In this document: in pieces, positions 42,122-44,685 of the stretch | Layout: every line of letters begins with the position of its first letter | How positions within the stretch are numbered: position 1 is the stretch's first letter | DNA from: Octopus bimaculoides | Lineage: Eukaryota | Direction: 5' to 3' | NCBI RefSeq assembly: GCF_001194135.2 | Contig: NC_068989.1 | Span: 79,509,799-79,554,483 of the forward strand | Length of the DNA stretch: 44,685 bases | The notes under the pieces: model-generated | Seen by the model: the letters and a program-made list of their open reading frames with translations, nothing else | Told to the model about the DNA's origin: nothing | Database searches by the model: none | Position numbers and translations under genes: made by a program

Positions 42122-44045
42122 GTAAGAAATGAAAGAAGCATTTACATATAATTCTTTTTTATTTTTATCATAGAGAACAATTCATTTAATTTCCCTAAAA
42201 TTAGTAATAGTTAACTATATTTTGTTTTGAATTGCTTCTTATCATACCACAGACAGTGACTGTCTAACAAATAACCAGGTCTCTTATTAATGACATTTAA
42301 TTAATTAACTAGACATTTTTCTAATTGAACAAATATTTGGTCAAAGAACCGCACAGCACGTTTTACATATTCTTTAGTGATCAGACATGTTGTTTAGAAT
42401 TTCTATTAACAAATATCCACAGTTCTCTACAGCTTTGTTTACTACAATGATCTGAAAATTCTCGACCTCTGTTCTATCTTACCGCTATCTTAATTGTAAT
42501 ACTACGTCAGTTTTTTTTCCTCTGAGTCAGCTGTAAATTCAAAGTTGTTTCCTTTTAAGGTCTAACAACTAGGTTTGTTGTTTACTACAAATTGTAGCTT
42601 TCTAACAAATTAAAAAACATATAACCTCAATCAGAAAATTCAGTTTTAACCACCAACTCTGCTTCGCTTCAGCTAGGAATAACATTAACCACCTACGATG
42701 AAGCATTTACCAGTCATGAATAACATTTCTGAGACGTCTCAAGGACAAAATAATAAAAATTTATAGAATAATACGAAATCTCAAAATCAGTAGAATTATA
42801 ACTGTAATTCATAGTTATGCTCCAAACAATCTCTCTTTACATAAACCAGAAATTACAAAATTTTACTTAATTTTTTTTCCCAAACAATGGATCAGTTTGT
42901 TTTTTCCTTTTAAATTGTAATTAGTCGTTCCAAAGTCTTAATTCTGTTTTAAACATGAATTCTTAGCCTATTGCCTACAAACAAGTATTTCCTTTCTATT
43001 TCCTATGTTTCGCTTCAATATATCTTACATGTAAGTTTCTTTAGCACGCCGACGCGCACACACTCACGCACACACAAACACGAGAGCATGCAAAGACACA
43101 CACGTTTGACACGAATACAAGCGCAATACACGCTACACTCTTAGTTATGCTGTTGAGCAGCAACAGACATTTTGCAGTTTACAGTTTACAATTTTCATCT
43201 TTACGCTCCTCCGACTTGACATTCTTGAAGAACTCTTGGTACCAAGAAAACAAACCATGAAAACTTCTTCGCCGAATACTTATATCATTGTTTATTTCAC
43301 ATTTCCATTACCACCTCCTTGAACGAAAGCACATAACATTCATGTTATCCAGATTTATTTCTAAACTACGTTGTACATAGGCGCTTGCATACAGCGCACG
43401 TCATGCGTTTTGTCATGAATTTTGTGAGTAAATCACACAGAAATACCTGTATACGTGCTTGGTATATTTCTGTTGAAACCTTCAGAGATTCGCCATCTTA
43501 TTCGTGCTCTCCTCTCAGCGATTTTGCGAAAACGTTCAGTTATCACAAGTTTTGCCTATATTGATCTTCATCGATTGCTACTTTCTAAGCAATTTAGGAA
43601 CGAGCTAATATAGCAAAGTTATGCAGACAACATTCATTGTCAATGTTGTGATATGTGATATGTTAGCATATTAGATATTAGTAATTTGTAAGCCATTTTT
43701 GGTAATTTAAACAGAAAACTGCTGTTTGTCTCTAAGCCTTCCTTAATCGCCACTGCAAGCTATGATTTAGCTGTTACATTTACGCTCCCTTACAAGTAGT
43801 TAACCTCCATATTGTTTTGAAAGAATAACTTTTATCAGTTTAAAACTCGTTTTTATTTTGCTGTTGATCGTTGACTTCAGCTAAATATTTTAGCTTCACA
43901 AACACAAACATAGGTCGGCATAAATTCTATAAACCCTTCTATAGGAAGTTATTCAACTGACATTGCAAAACTGGTAAACTATCAATGAACACTATGACTA
44001 ACATATTCATGTAAACGTATTATTATTGATTGGTGGTAATTAAAA

Positions 44046-44230
44046 AGGCAAGTTATAGCTGTGGAGTTAAGAAGTTTTATTTCAAACCACGTGGTTTTAA
44101 GGTTCAGCACGTCAGTGCGGCACATTCTACTATAGCCCCAGGCCAACTAAAATCTGGTGAATCAATTCGAAAGATAGAAACTGAATGGAAGCATTGTTTT
44201 CTTATTTTTGTTCGGGATTGCGTGAATGAA
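44046..44230 (+). mobile_element. SINE family B 5' half, diverged
   Basis: gctgtggagttaagaag...ccacgtggttttaaggttcag...ttctactatagccccaggccaac...gatagaaactgaa. Confidence 0.7.
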
Positions 44231-44550
44231 TACTCCACCTGTTGGTGCGGTCCATCATCACTTTTTCTTTTGTTATCAAGTTTAGTTTCCTGTTACATTA
44301 ATATTTGTTCAGCTGCGCATGGTGTGGGAAATGCAGCCTGTGTCATTTCACTGGGCCTTAATCGTGTTTAGTATGTGTTCCACAAGTTGATTTAGATTAT
44401 TATTTGTTTCTTATTCCATAGAGTGGGTGCTGTGTGTGATGCTTGTCTTATTTGAGATATTCTATTGAAGTGTCTTGTGCGAGATGTGGGCCCTTTCCTA
44501 GCAGAGTTATTATTTTGAGGTACCGTACACTTTTCTGAGCTCTGGAATGG

Positions 44551-44680
44551 CTTCTTCTTCTTCTTCTTCTTCTTCTTCTTCTTCTTCTTCTCCCCCTCCT
44601 CCTCCCTCCCTCCCTCCTCCTCCTCCTCCTCCTCCTCCTCCTCCTCATCATCATCATTATTGTTATTATTATTATTATTC
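44551..44680. repeat. Compound trinucleotide series (CTT)n-(CCT)n-(CAT)n-(TAT)n
   Basis: Directly visible. Confidence 0.95.
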
Positions 44681-44685
44681 AGTAG

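Overview
AT-rich eukaryotic genomic DNA, very probably from an octopus (coleoid cephalopod). This is inferred from SINE families I recognise from memory and from the dense microsatellites; no search was run. It contains nine N-gaps, nearly all bordered by (TA)n. Most long ORFs in the supplied track are microsatellite or gap artefacts. Main content: (1) many decayed SINEs of at least four families; (2) transposon relics, namely five R4/Dong-clade LINE fragments, a young CR1-clade LINE 3' end, a Gypsy LTR+PBS+gag fragment, a mariner left end and a Penelope GIY-YIG fragment; (3) a hand-built, phase-consistent chain of small exons on the minus strand (33050-33209, 30821-30967, 14634-14845, 11564-11575, 9458-9531, 9275-9403) encoding the Ser/Thr-rich, probably disordered C-terminal part of a protein I cannot name, with candidate 12-nt and 3-nt microexons and alternative C-termini; (4) a few plus-strand exon-like blocks (best at 42069-42121) suggesting an overlapping antisense transcript. 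The best leads are the microexon and alternative-end architecture, an (AAT)n landing pad shared by SINEs and Dong LINEs, and a chimeric SINE dimer bounded by one target-site duplication. All exon calls are manual splice-site and frame inferences without transcript evidence. I see no clear evidence of a wholly new system.
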